Part shown: positions 1 through 11,340 of the stretch, one piece after another
Layout: every line of letters starts with the position of its first letter
How positions within the stretch are numbered: position 1 is the first letter of the stretch
DNA from: Camelus ferus
Taxonomy: Eukaryota
Assembly: GCF_009834535.1 (NCBI RefSeq)
Contig: NC_045697.1
Location: forward strand, 5,272,001-5,336,000
DNA length: 64,000 nucleotides
Direction: 5' to 3'
The notes under the pieces: generated by a model
Database searches by the model: none
The model's input: only the letters and a program-made list of their open reading frames with translations
Told to the model about the DNA's origin: nothing
Program-made: the position numbers and the translations under genes

Positions 1-375
1 CCCACCTTGGTTTTGTCTCGCCAGGGTGGTTAGATACACAGGTACGTGTATTTGGTCACTAAGAAGGAAAGGGCTGACCAGCTTCTCTTTGCTTCTCTTT
101 GATGAACAACTAGCTTGAGAACAAGCAAAACAGAACGTTTGTAGTATGACTTTAATGGAGTAGTGGTACCATTTTTCTTTCTTGATAGAAACCTGCTTAC
201 ATTTAACCAAGTTTCTATTTTATACCCCACTACAAATTTTTCTTACAGTTATCTTTCATTTTTAAAGAAATTTCACTGCCTGTAAGATGTATTTGCAAGG
301 TTCGTAATTACATAGTGCTAACGGAACCACTCTTTCATTGAAAGATCAAATAAAGACTATCTCGACAGTGAGAAA
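1..375 (+). other. Possible terminal 3' UTR segment of an upstream gene, with poly(A) signal
   Basis: AT/U-rich, repeat-free sequence with AATAAA at 349-354, followed by GT-containing and then GC-richer sequence. Gene not identifiable. Confidence 0.3.
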
Positions 376-624
376 CACGTGTCCTGCTGAATTGGTCCAA
401 GGTGGACGGCGGGGTGCTTCCTGCATGCCGTCTGCAAGTTGCTGCTTTCAGCAAGATGCACCTTTCTCCCTCTGTCCATCAAGCAGGGGTGTTTCTGGGT
501 CTGCTTCAGTCGCCCTGTGTGAATGTCTGTCCTTGAAGTATTAGGAGATGCTCCGATTTGTGTTTGGGGACAGGCTGTACGCACGGCAGCCTAGTACCTG
601 ACACTTAACACAAACAGCAGTCCC

Positions 625-760
625 CTGAGTCCTCACGACAGCCCTAGGAATGGACGTCATAGGCGGCTGAGGCTCACGTAGACTAGGTAACTAGCCTCAG
701 GTCACCAGCTGGTACATGGGGAGCCTAGACTGAACTCAAAGGCTCCAAGGCCCACACTCT
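625..760 (-). mobile_element. MIR SINE relic
   Basis: tcctcacgacagcccta...gaggctca...ggtaactagcctcaggtcac resembles the reverse-complement MIR core. Confidence 0.55.
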
Positions 761-1174
761 CCCCATCTTCTCCAGCCCACAACGATCACTCTTTCAAGGA
801 ACAACCCCTTCATAAAGGAAAATTATGCAACAACTAACCCTTTGTTACCCACCCCCCAGCATCTACCCCTTCCTGACAGATGATGAGTGTGGAGCCACAT
901 GCCCGGCACAAGCCCGGCACACGCCCCGCACCACACAGTGAAGCTGCCTTTGGGTGGGTGGGTGTTTTCCACGCCGATCTGCAGTGAAGGGGACACACTC
1001 GGGTTCAGAGGTTAAGCGACTTCCTGAGAGAGCGGATAAGTTGCGGCAAAGGGACTCCAGATAAACATACAAGTGCTGGGCGTGTTCACGCCACGGCTCT
1101 GCTAGTCGTGGCCGTCTCTAGGGAGCAGAATAAACCAGCAGAGGCAAGGACTGACTTGCACATTTCGGGCATTA

Positions 1175-1480
1175 TTTGTTTATGCATTTCTTCCACATTT
1201 ACTGAGTGCTTATTATGAATTCAGAACTAAAGAATTCTTCCCCTTAGTTTAGCGGAGAAGACATATGCAACATCACGGAGACAGCAGAGGGAAGAGAAAG
1301 TAATTCTGCTTCAGATGGGGCGGAAAGTTTTCTTAGAGGATTCAGAATTTGAACAAAGTCTTGAAATATGACTGGGAACGTGTTATGGTGAAAAGGAGTG
1401 GAGGCAGGAGATACAGCACAGCCAGAGGCAGGGAGACTTCTGAATGGTGAATGGTGCATGGTTGAGAATGTAGTGGGGTC
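1175..1480 (-). mobile_element. L2 LINE 3' relic
   Basis: catttactgagtgcttattatg followed by typical purine-rich antisense L2 sequence. Confidence 0.5.
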
Positions 1481-1497
1481 AGAATGTAAACGGTGTG

Positions 1498-2802
1498 CGG
1501 TCAGAATGGCCACAAACGATAAACGCTGGAGACGGTGTGGAGAAAAGGGAATCTTCCTGCACTGTTGGTGGAGAGGTAAGTTGGTGCAGCCATTATGGAA
1601 AACAGCATGAAGATTCCTTAAAAAAGTGAAAATAGAATTACCTAATGATCCAGCAATCCCACTCCTGGGCATATATCCGGAGGGAGCTCTAATTCGAAAA
1701 GATACATGCGCCCCAATGTTCATGGCAGCACTATTTACAGTAGCCAAGACATGGAAGCGACCCAAATGTCCATTGACAGATGGCTGGATAAAGAAGCTGT
1801 GGTATATAAACATACTGGAATATACTAGAATACTGCTCAGCCATAAAAAAAAAGAATAAAATAATGCCACTTGCAGCAACATGGATGGACCTGGAGATCA
1901 TCATACTAAGTGAAGTGAGCCAGAAGGAGTAAGGAAAATACCATGATGTCACTCACATGTGGAATCTTTAAAAAACACACAAATGAACTTATTTACAAAA
2001 CAGAAGCAGACTCACAGACATAGAAAACCAGCCTGTGGCTACTAAGGGGAAAAGGCGGGGTGAAGGGACAAATTGGGAGTTTGGGATTTGCAGGTACTAA
2101 CTACTATATAGAAAATAGACAAACAGCAAGGACCTACTATACAGCACAGAGAACTATATTCAATACCTTGTAATGTTGCAACAAAGTGTGTTACAGCTCA
2201 GTGTTACAGCTCAGTTGTGACAGCAACCTGGATGAGGGCGAGAGACCAAGCAGCACTTGGAGGGTTGGAGAATTCAGGTTTATTATGCTGCCGGGCCCAG
2301 CGAGTTAACATTCCAAGCTCTGGACCCCATGTGTACGTTTACACAGGCTTTTATAAGCTGCCAGTCTACACTTTGCAACATGATATGTAAATAAGGTGTA
2401 ACAAAATTGACTAATTAGGAACAAGCTTTATAGAAATGGACCAATCAGGAGTGATACAAATGGACCAATCAGGAGTTAGCTCAGGGAACCAATAGACTCT
2501 TAGGGGTAAGATCCACTTTCCTAGAAGTAAGCCATTTTGGAGGCAAAAAGCAAGATAATGCAGCTGGGCCAGGGTACCGGATGGTGCTGGCAGGAGAGTA
2601 GTGGCCCTGCCTGGGGGTCCTGCCGGTTTTATTCATGGGGCTTCCCAACTCATTAATGGCCTATAATGAAAAAGAATATGAAAAGGAACATATATATAAA
2701 TAAATGAATCACTGTGCTGTACACCAGAAATTACTACAACATTGTAAGTTGGCTATACTTCAATAAAATTAGCAAATAAACAAACAAATAAATAAAAAGA
2801 GA
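1498..2802 (+). mobile_element. 5'-truncated lineage-specific L1 (ORF2 C-terminus plus 3' UTR), interrupted by a solo LTR
   Basis: Encodes [13 protein letters not shown] and [27 protein letters not shown] (L1 ORF2 C-terminal region). A-rich tail. 17-bp TSD agaatgtaaacggtgtg (1481-1497) / agaatataaatggtgtg (2803-2819). Confidence 0.93.
2174..2652 (-). mobile_element. Solo ERV LTR, probably class I/ERV1, inserted in the L1 3' UTR
   Basis: TG...CA termini. It splits the L1 motif cttgtaa|tggcctataatg. 4-bp TSD gtaa/ttaa (one mismatch). Minus-strand TATA (about 2350) and AATAAA (about 2280). Duplicated aaatggaccaatcaggagt. Confidence 0.85.
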
Positions 2803-3394
2803 AGAATATAAATGGTGTGTATTATGGTGAAGCCCACCAGGTTCAGGCAGGCAGACTGTGTCTGTCCTGACCCCAGTTGTGTAATAATCAGGGTCGCATA
2901 AAGGAGAATCCTTTTCCAGTCAGAAATATTGGGACCCAATGGTTGGAAGTTGTCAGTTCCTGAAGAGGTCTCTTTGCCTTGGCTTCAAAAATATAACAGA
3001 ATGAGGGCACTGCTCCTCCCCATGGGAACCAGCCCACTGTCAAGCCAGACATTTGGGAACCACCTTGGGCTCCTTCGCCTTCTTTCTCCGCAGCCGACTG
3101 GCCAGCCCCATCTTCTTCACGCCTCTTACCTTCTCCGTTTGCTCTTTATCACCTCGACATTGGCTCAGAACCTTCTCAGAACACGACATCCAGCCTTTGC
3201 CCAGGACTCCATCCTCTGATAAGCCTCATCCCATCATTAGCTCTTTTTGTCCCAGGTGATAGTCTGGTGATCACTGGTCCTTCTCCCCTGAGGCTTCCCC
3301 CTCAGAAGGGGATTGTTTTCCCCTCATGTGCTCGTTAGTCATTAGAACCTATGTTCTTTCTTCAACTGATTTAATCACCTAGTGAAACCAGTCA

Positions 3395-3570
3395 GAGCCC
3401 CTTACTAGCTGTGTGCCGATGGGTAATTTACTCAGTCACTTCGTGCCTCGGTCTTCTCAACTGTAAAATGAGGAGGATGATAAAAACTTCATATGTTTGT
3501 TTGGGAGGTAATACAAATTGATCTGTTTAAAGCACTTACTGCAACGTCTGGCCTATAGCACTAATTAGTT
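3395..3570 (+). mobile_element. MIR SINE
   Basis: cttactagctgtgtg...gtgcctcggtcttctcaactgtaaaatgagg...tttaaagcactta. Confidence 0.7.
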
Positions 3571-3989
3571 CTAATTCGCTCTGATAGCAAAAGCAAATGC
3601 AGCAGTTGCTTAAGAACTTAACTTACAAACTTCTCAAAAACTTCAAAAACTTTTTTAAACTATGAGCTTCTGTTCATCAGAGGAATTGCAGTACAGAAGT
3701 CTGTGCAATCCCTCTTTCAAGATGAAGTCAGAATTTGAGATGAACTCTTCTCCTGGCCTCCCACCTGGACACAGCAGTGGCTCCCTGCCCTGGGTCCCAA
3801 CTTCCTTCTCTCTGCCTCCAAGTCCGTCCTCCACCACCAGCCAGAGCCGTGACTCTAAAGCGCAGAACTACTTCTGTGATCTCTCTGCCTGGTGTCCACA
3901 CTGGCTCCTCATGAGGCTCGCCTGATCTGGCCTTGGCCTTCTCTGACCCCCACCACACGCACACATACCCTTAGGTGTTTCATCTCAGT

Positions 3990-4420
3990 ATTTCCTGAAT
4001 GTTCACATCTTTTCAGACCTCCATGGCTAAGCACACGTTGAGCTGTTTTTCTTGGAAATCTGTAGAATTCTTCCTTTCTCTCAAGTGTGACTTGTCCTCC
4101 TTTTAAAACATCGATTAGTCCATGCCCTTCCCCTGTTGAAAACCTTTCTTTGGCTTCCCACTTTGAATGAAATTTGGAGCTCTCACCTTGGTCTAGAAAG
4201 ACCTTATTTACTGTCACCACCTTCAGTAAAGCATTCTATGACACTGCGGTGGCTGATCATAGGTTCGTTGGTTTATTTGTTTATTCTATGTCTTTCCTAC
4301 TAGACCGTGAGCTCCAGGAAGGCAGGGACCCTGCCGTTTTGTTTCTTTGTTTTTTTTCCCTGCGCCTAGCACTGTGCCTGACACTTAGGAGGTGCTCGGC
4401 AACTATAATTTGGATATTTA
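3990..4420 (+). mobile_element. L2 LINE 3' end
   Basis: ctagaccgtgagctccaggaaggcaggga...cctagcactgtgcctgacacttaggaggtgctc. Confidence 0.7.
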
Positions 4421-4623
4421 TGGAGACTGGATACAACTTACTGGGAAGACCAAGAAAAGTCAACAGTTGAGATCTGGCAATTCCAAGTGGTCTGCTGCCC
4501 CTCTTTCTCCATAAGGTATACCCTACTTACACACTCATATACTCACAGCCACGGAGGCCTGGTTCCTATGTTTTCAGGAAATGCCAATTCTCACTACTGG
4601 TTTGGTCAGCTTCAAAACCTCAG

Positions 4624-4684
4624 TCTCTCTCCTTTTCTCTCTCTCTCTCTCTCTCTCACACACATACACACACAGGCACACACA
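4624..4684. repeat. (CT)n(CA)n compound microsatellite
   Basis: Seen directly. Confidence 0.85.
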
Positions 4685-5091
4685 GACCCACCTCTTGAAG
4701 GCAGTCACTCTCACAGGGCCCTGACTGAGCTCTTCCATAGAACATCACTGTCTGGACTGGAGCCAGAAGCACAGACCTGAACAAAACCCTAATCTTTCAT
4801 TCCTGGGTCACCTAAAAGCTCAGTTATCAGTCTAGGGTATCTTGGAGCAATCTGACTGCAGAGATCACTATTGCACTTTCACACCCAGGGGCAATTTAGA
4901 CCAACTGAGAATTATTAGGCAAAAATTCTCATAGTTTAAGCCTCATTGATTTGCAAAAACTGCTAATAATGTGAAAGCACCTTCTGCATTTGCAGACTGT
5001 TCAGGTCCAAACCTAGCCAGATCAAGAACTCCCAGGACAGAGTAAGGAACTGCCCTGAAATCAACTAAGTGTTGGAGGAGAAAAAGAAAGA

Positions 5092-5205
5092 ACAGAAAAA
5101 TAAATATGAAAACAAATGTATGTATGTATGTGCATGACTGGGCCATAGTGCTGTATACCAGAAATTAACACATTGTAACTGATGGTCCTTCAATCAAAAA
5201 AAAAG
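5092..5205 (+). mobile_element. Very short L1 3' terminal fragment
   Basis: gtgctgtataccagaaattaacacattgtaactga...ttcaatc plus poly(A); matches the other L1 ends in this window. Confidence 0.75.
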
Positions 5206-5436
5206 AAGAAAAATAGAGCACAACTATGCAGAAAATGGCCCAGTCGGTAGTCATAACTTAGGTTACATTCCTTCACAGTGACGGTATCCTGGGCATTATT
5301 TGGGAATTGGATATGTATTTCTAAAATGTTTGTAATCAAATTCCTAAAAGGCAGCTCTACTTATTTTTCAAGAATTTTCTCGCTGCCACACAAAATAAAC
5401 TTGCTCGAGTTAATGCTTTTTAATTCACTTCATCTT

Positions 5437-6329
5437 TTTCCTTTTGTTTTGGTTTTGGTTTTGTGTTTTGGTTTTTTATTGAAGTTTAGTCAGTTTACAA
5501 TGTGTGTCAATTTCTGGTGTACAGCATCGTTTTTCAGTCACACATGTACATACACATATTCATTTGCATGTTCTTTTTCATTACAAGTTACCACAAGATA
5601 GCAAATATAGTTCCCTGTGCTATACAGTAGAAACCTGTTGTTTATCTATATTATATATAGTCCTTAGCATCTGTAAATCTCCAATTCCTAATTTATCCCT
5701 TCCCACTCCCTTTCCCCACTGGTAACCATAAGTTTGTTCTCTATGTCTGTGAATCTGTTTATTTCGTAAATACGTTCATTTGTGTTCTTTTTTAGATTCC
5801 ACATATAAGTGATAGCATATAGTATTTTTCTTTCTCTTTCTGGCTTACTTCACTTAGAATGACAATCTCCAGGTCCATTGATGTTGCTGCAAATGGCATT
5901 ATTTTATCCTTTTTTATGGCTGAGTAGTATTCCATTATATATACCACAACTTCTTTATCCAGTCATCTGTTGATGGACATTTAGGTTGTTTCCATGTCTT
6001 GGCTATGGTAAATAGTGCTGCTATGAACATTGGGGTGCATGTATCTTTTCAAATTAGAGCTCCCTCTGGATATAAGCCCAGGAGTGGGATTGCTGGATCA
6101 TATGGTAAGTCTATTTTTAGTTTTTTGAGGAATCTCCATACTGTTTTCCATAATGGCGGTACCAAACTACAGTCCCACCAGCAGTGTAAGAGGGTTCCCT
6201 TTTCTCCACACCCTCTCCAGCATTTATTCTGACCTGTGTGAGGTGATACATCATTGTGGTTTTGATTTGATTTGATTTCTCTGATAATTAGTGCTATTGA
6301 GCATTTTTTCATGTGATTATTGGCCTTGT
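5437..6329 (-). mobile_element. 5'-truncated lineage-specific L1 (ORF2 C-terminus plus 3' UTR)
   Basis: Minus-strand ORF 6049-6312 [28 protein letters not shown]-rich tail at left. Perfect 13-bp TSD ttcacttcatctt (5424-5436 / 6330-6342). Confidence 0.95.
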
Positions 6330-6739
6330 TTCACTTCATCTTGATCCCAGGGCTTCAGCATCCACGCAGCTGAAGATACTGTGAAACTGGAAGACGTTCC
6401 TTCCTCAGAAAATGGGCTCAGATTCCTGCCATTGTCACAGCATTGGGCATCCTTCCTTTGGCCCACAGTTTTACAGACATTCTGAGCTTGTCAATCACTC
6501 AGCTCCAGAGGGGCAGGATCTGGAGTTGTGCTGTGACATTGTATATTGATGCTCCAAGATACTCTTAGTTTATTGATGATAACTTCTTAAGTATGTGGAG
6601 AACTTTGGAACTGACAAAATATTTTCATGTCTGTTCCTCCCTTTGTTAACTTTAGCTCTGATGCCAACACTGGAGGATGGGTGGGTTAGGACAGTTTATC
6701 TCCATTTATAGATTTAAAAGCAAATCTTCAATTAAATAC

Positions 6740-9330
6740 CCTATGTAACTACAAACATGCCTAAAAATTTAAAATATGACAATATCAAGTATTGGTGAGA
6801 ACACAAGGCAACTGGCATTCTGCTGCCGACACTTGGGGAAATGATTTGGTGTTACCTGGTAAATTTGAAGATGTGTACACCCCATAACCCAGCAATTTTA
6901 ACCCTAGAACATACCCCAGAGAAATTCTTGCACAAGTGCCCTGCAAATATGTCTCAGGATGTTCACAACAGAATGCTTACAATAGCAGATGACTGGAAAC
7001 AACCCAAAAGTCCATCAACGATAGAATGGAAAAACAAGTTGCTGTAGAGTCATGTAAATGATACCGATAATTAACATATTACAGAGGCACGTGATAACAC
7101 GCTGAATCTCAGGTCCCGACAGTGAGGAGGAAATAGAAGGAAATCTCCCTGCAGAAGACAACGTGTGGAACGATTCCATTTACGTAAAGAATAAAAACAG
7201 GCAAAGCATAAAATATATTTTGGGGGACAGAAACATGGGATAAAGCTTTAAAGAAGTTCACAAAAGTGCTTAAAATAAAACTCAAGGCAGAAGCTAGCCC
7301 TTCAGGCAATACAGAGAACTTTGAAATAACAGCAGACTTTTTTCTTAAACTGAGTGATGGGACCCAATGGTTCAACATTTTATCACTGTTTTTAAAAAAT
7401 TATTTTTAGTCAATATTTAATAAATAATAATCAAAATGAATAGCAATCACAGCAAAAACTAATTGGAAAATGCAAGTAGAAACCAATCCCATTTACAACA
7501 GCAGCAAAAACCATAAGGTACCTCGGAATAAATATAAGTAAATATGTGTACAAACTTTATGGGGAAAATTATACAATTTTATTAAAAGACATAAAAGAGT
7601 GTCCTATGTAAATAAAGAGATAAGCCATGTTTACGAATCTCAAATTAACTTAGATTCAATGCATCCAGTCAACATCCCAACAGGACAGATCTTGTTATGC
7701 TGAGCCTAAAATTTATAGGAAAATGTAAAAGACTAATACATTTTTTAAAAGATGAATAGGGGAGGGGAATTTCCCTATGAGGTTCAAGACTTGTTACAAA
7801 ATTGTAGAAATTAATACTCTGGGATATTGACACAGGAATTAAAAAAAAATGTAGGACAGAACAAATGAAATTTGGTAAATTGCTGAGAACATATGATGAA
7901 ATCAGGGGAAAAATAACAGCAGGACAATAAATGGTGCTGGGATAACCGGCCATCCACCTAGGAAAAATGGAAAGTTGATCTCTTCCTTATACACAAAAAT
8001 AAACTTGAGGGATGACAGACTTAATAAGTAAAGCAATATTTAAAAATATTTAGAAGAACACATGGCAGAAGAACACATGTGTTATTAGGAAAAGGAAATA
8101 ATTCTTAAACAAGATCCAAACAGTGCATCCAATAAAGGTAACACTAATAAACAATAACTATAGCATAAGACTTTAAAAGACACAGTAAACAAAGCAAAAG
8201 AAAACCCCCATTGACGGGAAAAATAATGTGTCAACTCATAACTAATCTTACCCAGATTGCCTACAGATCAATAAAAAAGACATAGAAAGATGGGCAGGAT
8301 GCAGACTGCATAATGTGGAAGAGGAATCCATAGTGGCGTTTAAGTGTATGAAAAGATGTTGAATCTTTCTAGCAACCAGAGAGAGGCACGTTAAAACAGC
8401 AATGTGATACAATTTTATACCAATCAAACAGGAAGGAAAAAAAATCTCATAATATCAATGGTTAGTGTGAACACGAGAAACGCAAACTCTCACGGGCTGT
8501 TTTCAGAAGGGTAGATTCAGACAAATTATTTAAAAGCAATTCCATAACATTTGGTAAAGCTATTTCCTTTCCGGGGAGAGATCCCAGGCAAACCCTCACA
8601 AGAGATACAGACAAAGGTGTTCATTATCACCTCATTATTGGCTATAATGGAAAAAAGAAAAAGAAATAGCCTAAAAGCCCCTCAGAAAAATGAATAAACT
8701 CTGATATATTCATTCCGTGAAATATTACACAGCAGTCACTGTGAAGGAATCAGATGCCCATCATTCAGTGAGCAATGATCTCAAAAACTATCATCTAATA
8801 AGAAAACACATTTCAGAAGTGTATTTCCCTTAGGATATTTGTATGTTTTCAACACTTTCAAAAGCTTCATAGAAACATAGAAAAAGGGCCTGGAAATGCA
8901 TTGCATTCATGGGACCAGTTGCTTCTGGGAAGGGGAAAGAGGACACAGCACAGGGAAGGAAGCAGAATTTCACCTTTATCAGTCATGTTTGATTTTTTTT
9001 ATTTTCCTTTTTAAAAAAAAAATTGAAGTGTAGTTGATTTACAATGTTAGTTTCAGGTGTACAGCAAAGTGATTCAGTTATACATATACATACATATATT
9101 TTCATATTATTTTCCATTATAGCTTATTACAAGAAACTGAATATAGTTTCCTGGGCTAAACAAAGTAGAAATAGACTCATGGACATAAAAAAGTAATGTT
9201 TGATATTTTAAGAACTTCAGTGTGCACGACAAAATGTTAATATTCACTGGATCTGAGTAGTGATGCTTATTTATCATTCTCTGTCTTTTTTTTTTTCATG
9301 CTTCCAATATTCCAGAATTTAATGTGCGAA
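6740..9330 (+). mobile_element. Ancient L1M (L1MC/L1ME-like) fragments, highly decayed
   Basis: A-rich, with recognisable L1 motifs: cccagcaattttaaccctag, aatcccatttacaacagca, ataaatggtgctgggataac. Confidence 0.7.
8999..9191 (-). mobile_element. Short L1 3' end with 5' inversion
   Basis: Minus-strand L1 terminus to about 9157, then plus-strand agaaatagactcatggacata. TSD agtcatgtttgattttt / agtaatgtttgatatttt. Confidence 0.75.
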
Positions 9331-10619
9331 TATAACCACTCCATTCAGTGGAATAACTGAAATCATCTTGCAATAAATGATAAATTATTCGGTTTTTTTT
9401 TTTCTTCACATTTCTAGCATAAAGTACCATTTCTTCCTGAACTTTGCTCTTTAACACAGAGGGAAGTTTTGGGAGAAAGCTATACTCAGGTTTAGTAATT
9501 CACAAAGGTAACCCATCCAAGAAGTGACAGGATCGATACTCACAGACCCTAAGCCCACTGCTCTGTTCATTGATGGAGGAATGACCTGGTAAGACTCCTT
9601 TGGACGACTTTTCAGGACTTGCATTGTGGCTGTGGGAATTCAAGGGGCAGGGTGGGAGCTTAGACATTTGCCCAAGACGCTCAGAAAGGGAAAGAATCTG
9701 GCCAGGGCCACACAGCTTCTCGGTTCCAGAACCTCCGAAGCCTGAGTACTCCCCTCCCTGGTCCACACCCCCAACCCCAGCAGGGTACTTAGGGTTGGTC
9801 CACAGCAGTGCAGCCCCACATCCCATAGCCCAGCTCCTGGCCTGGGCCTGGAGGAGGGCTGAGTCCTCCACTACCCACTGCACCCCAGAGGCAGCTGAGC
9901 GCTGATCAACTCCAGGTGCCAGAAATTATCTTCATGGGACACCACCTGCTGGCCTCCTAATGGAAGAAACGTATCTGACCTCCTTACGGCGCCTTCACCT
10001 GGCAATTCTATCTGCTGTTTGAGAAAAGGAAGAAATAAAGGTGGAAGGGTCTCAGGCTGGGAAAGGATGTCTCTGGCATCTTTGCCCTTTTGCACATCTC
10101 TTCAAATGTCCTTCTGGAGATTTGTGCTTTCTGTTCCACGTATTTTTTTTATTCCATGTGTTCCCTACTTGTTGGCATCTTCACAGAATTCTCTGCTCCA
10201 GCCTGTGTACTCAATTGAACGTTTTCGCCAGGCGGAGTAGCCTCCCTCCCCCCACCTTCCTCTTCCCACCCTCCCATCACACATTTCTAGCCCAGCTCCT
10301 GTGAGTCCCCGTGGGGGTCTCTTGCCTCAGGCTCCCCAAACTGCCAACTCCTCCCTCCTCCTCCCTCCCAAACCTCGTCCTCCTCCATCCAGTTTCAAAT
10401 GGAGAGTTCTGGGATGATTCAGCAAGTTTACCCCCTCCAGCACCATACCTACACAGAAGAAGAAAGGTGTTGTTTTGATTACAAGTGAAGAGGGGACTGA
10501 ATCATTACTGCAAAATGAGTCAGATATGACTCACTTTCTGGAAGGTGCATGCTGAGGACACATATTGCTCAAAATGCTACTACTGATTCGGGTGCAGGGT
10601 GCTGGGTGTTGTGAAGTCA

Positions 10620-11340
10620 TGCGGACCCACACAGCCACCAGGCCAGCTGGAAAGCCTGCGCGGAGGCACGTCGCCGGGAGGCGGGGATCACGGCGGCCCT
10701 CGGCAGGGGCGCCCTGGCGCGGCTGGGCTTCTGGCCCCCCCGGCTCCCAGCGCAGGCCCCGCCGGCGTCTCGCTTCCGTCTTATCGGAGCCGCAGGCCCC
10801 CTGAAAGCGCTGATAAGCCGGCCTCGCCGCAGCCTGGCGCGCGCGCAGCCGCCCGAGCGGACCGTGGTTCCAGGCCCCATAAAACGGATTTACAGCCCCT
10901 GCTTATCTCCGGCCACAGGTTGTGCCTCCTCTGGGGAGACCGGCCCCCGGAGCAAGTGTCTCCTTGAGAGCGTGGCCACGGCCGAGGGATCTATCAGAGA
11001 GACAGCCCAAGCCCCGGCCTCGCTCCAGACCGTTCCCACGGCGCCTGTTTTCTGTGATGCTCTGCGGTGGACCTAGCCACGGGGGACGCGCTGACACACG
11101 TTACAGCGTGTGTTTCAAAACAACCCTGAGAGGCATTCAGAACAAAACAATTTCTTCCATCTTTAAGATGACACAGCAGAGCCTTCAAAGGTGAAGCAAC
11201 TTACCTGAAAGCGCAGGTAAGCTGCCAGAAAAGGACCACGGACCAGCCCCCACGCCCCGGGGTCGCGTGGCCCCGTTATCACCCGCACCTCCGACCCTTT
11301 CCGCAAAAGAGCAGCCCTTCTTCCTCACGGCTGCACGTTT
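10620..11340. promoter_or_regulatory. CpG-rich island, candidate enhancer or lncRNA promoter
   Basis: High GC and CpG retention. GATA motifs at 10781, 10811, 10902, 10991 and 11275; ETS core at 10773; AP-1 pair just upstream. Confidence 0.65.

Noticed and set aside
1244..1882. 212-aa minus-strand ORF
   Set aside because: Antisense reading of L1 and adjacent L2 sequence, a common artefact.
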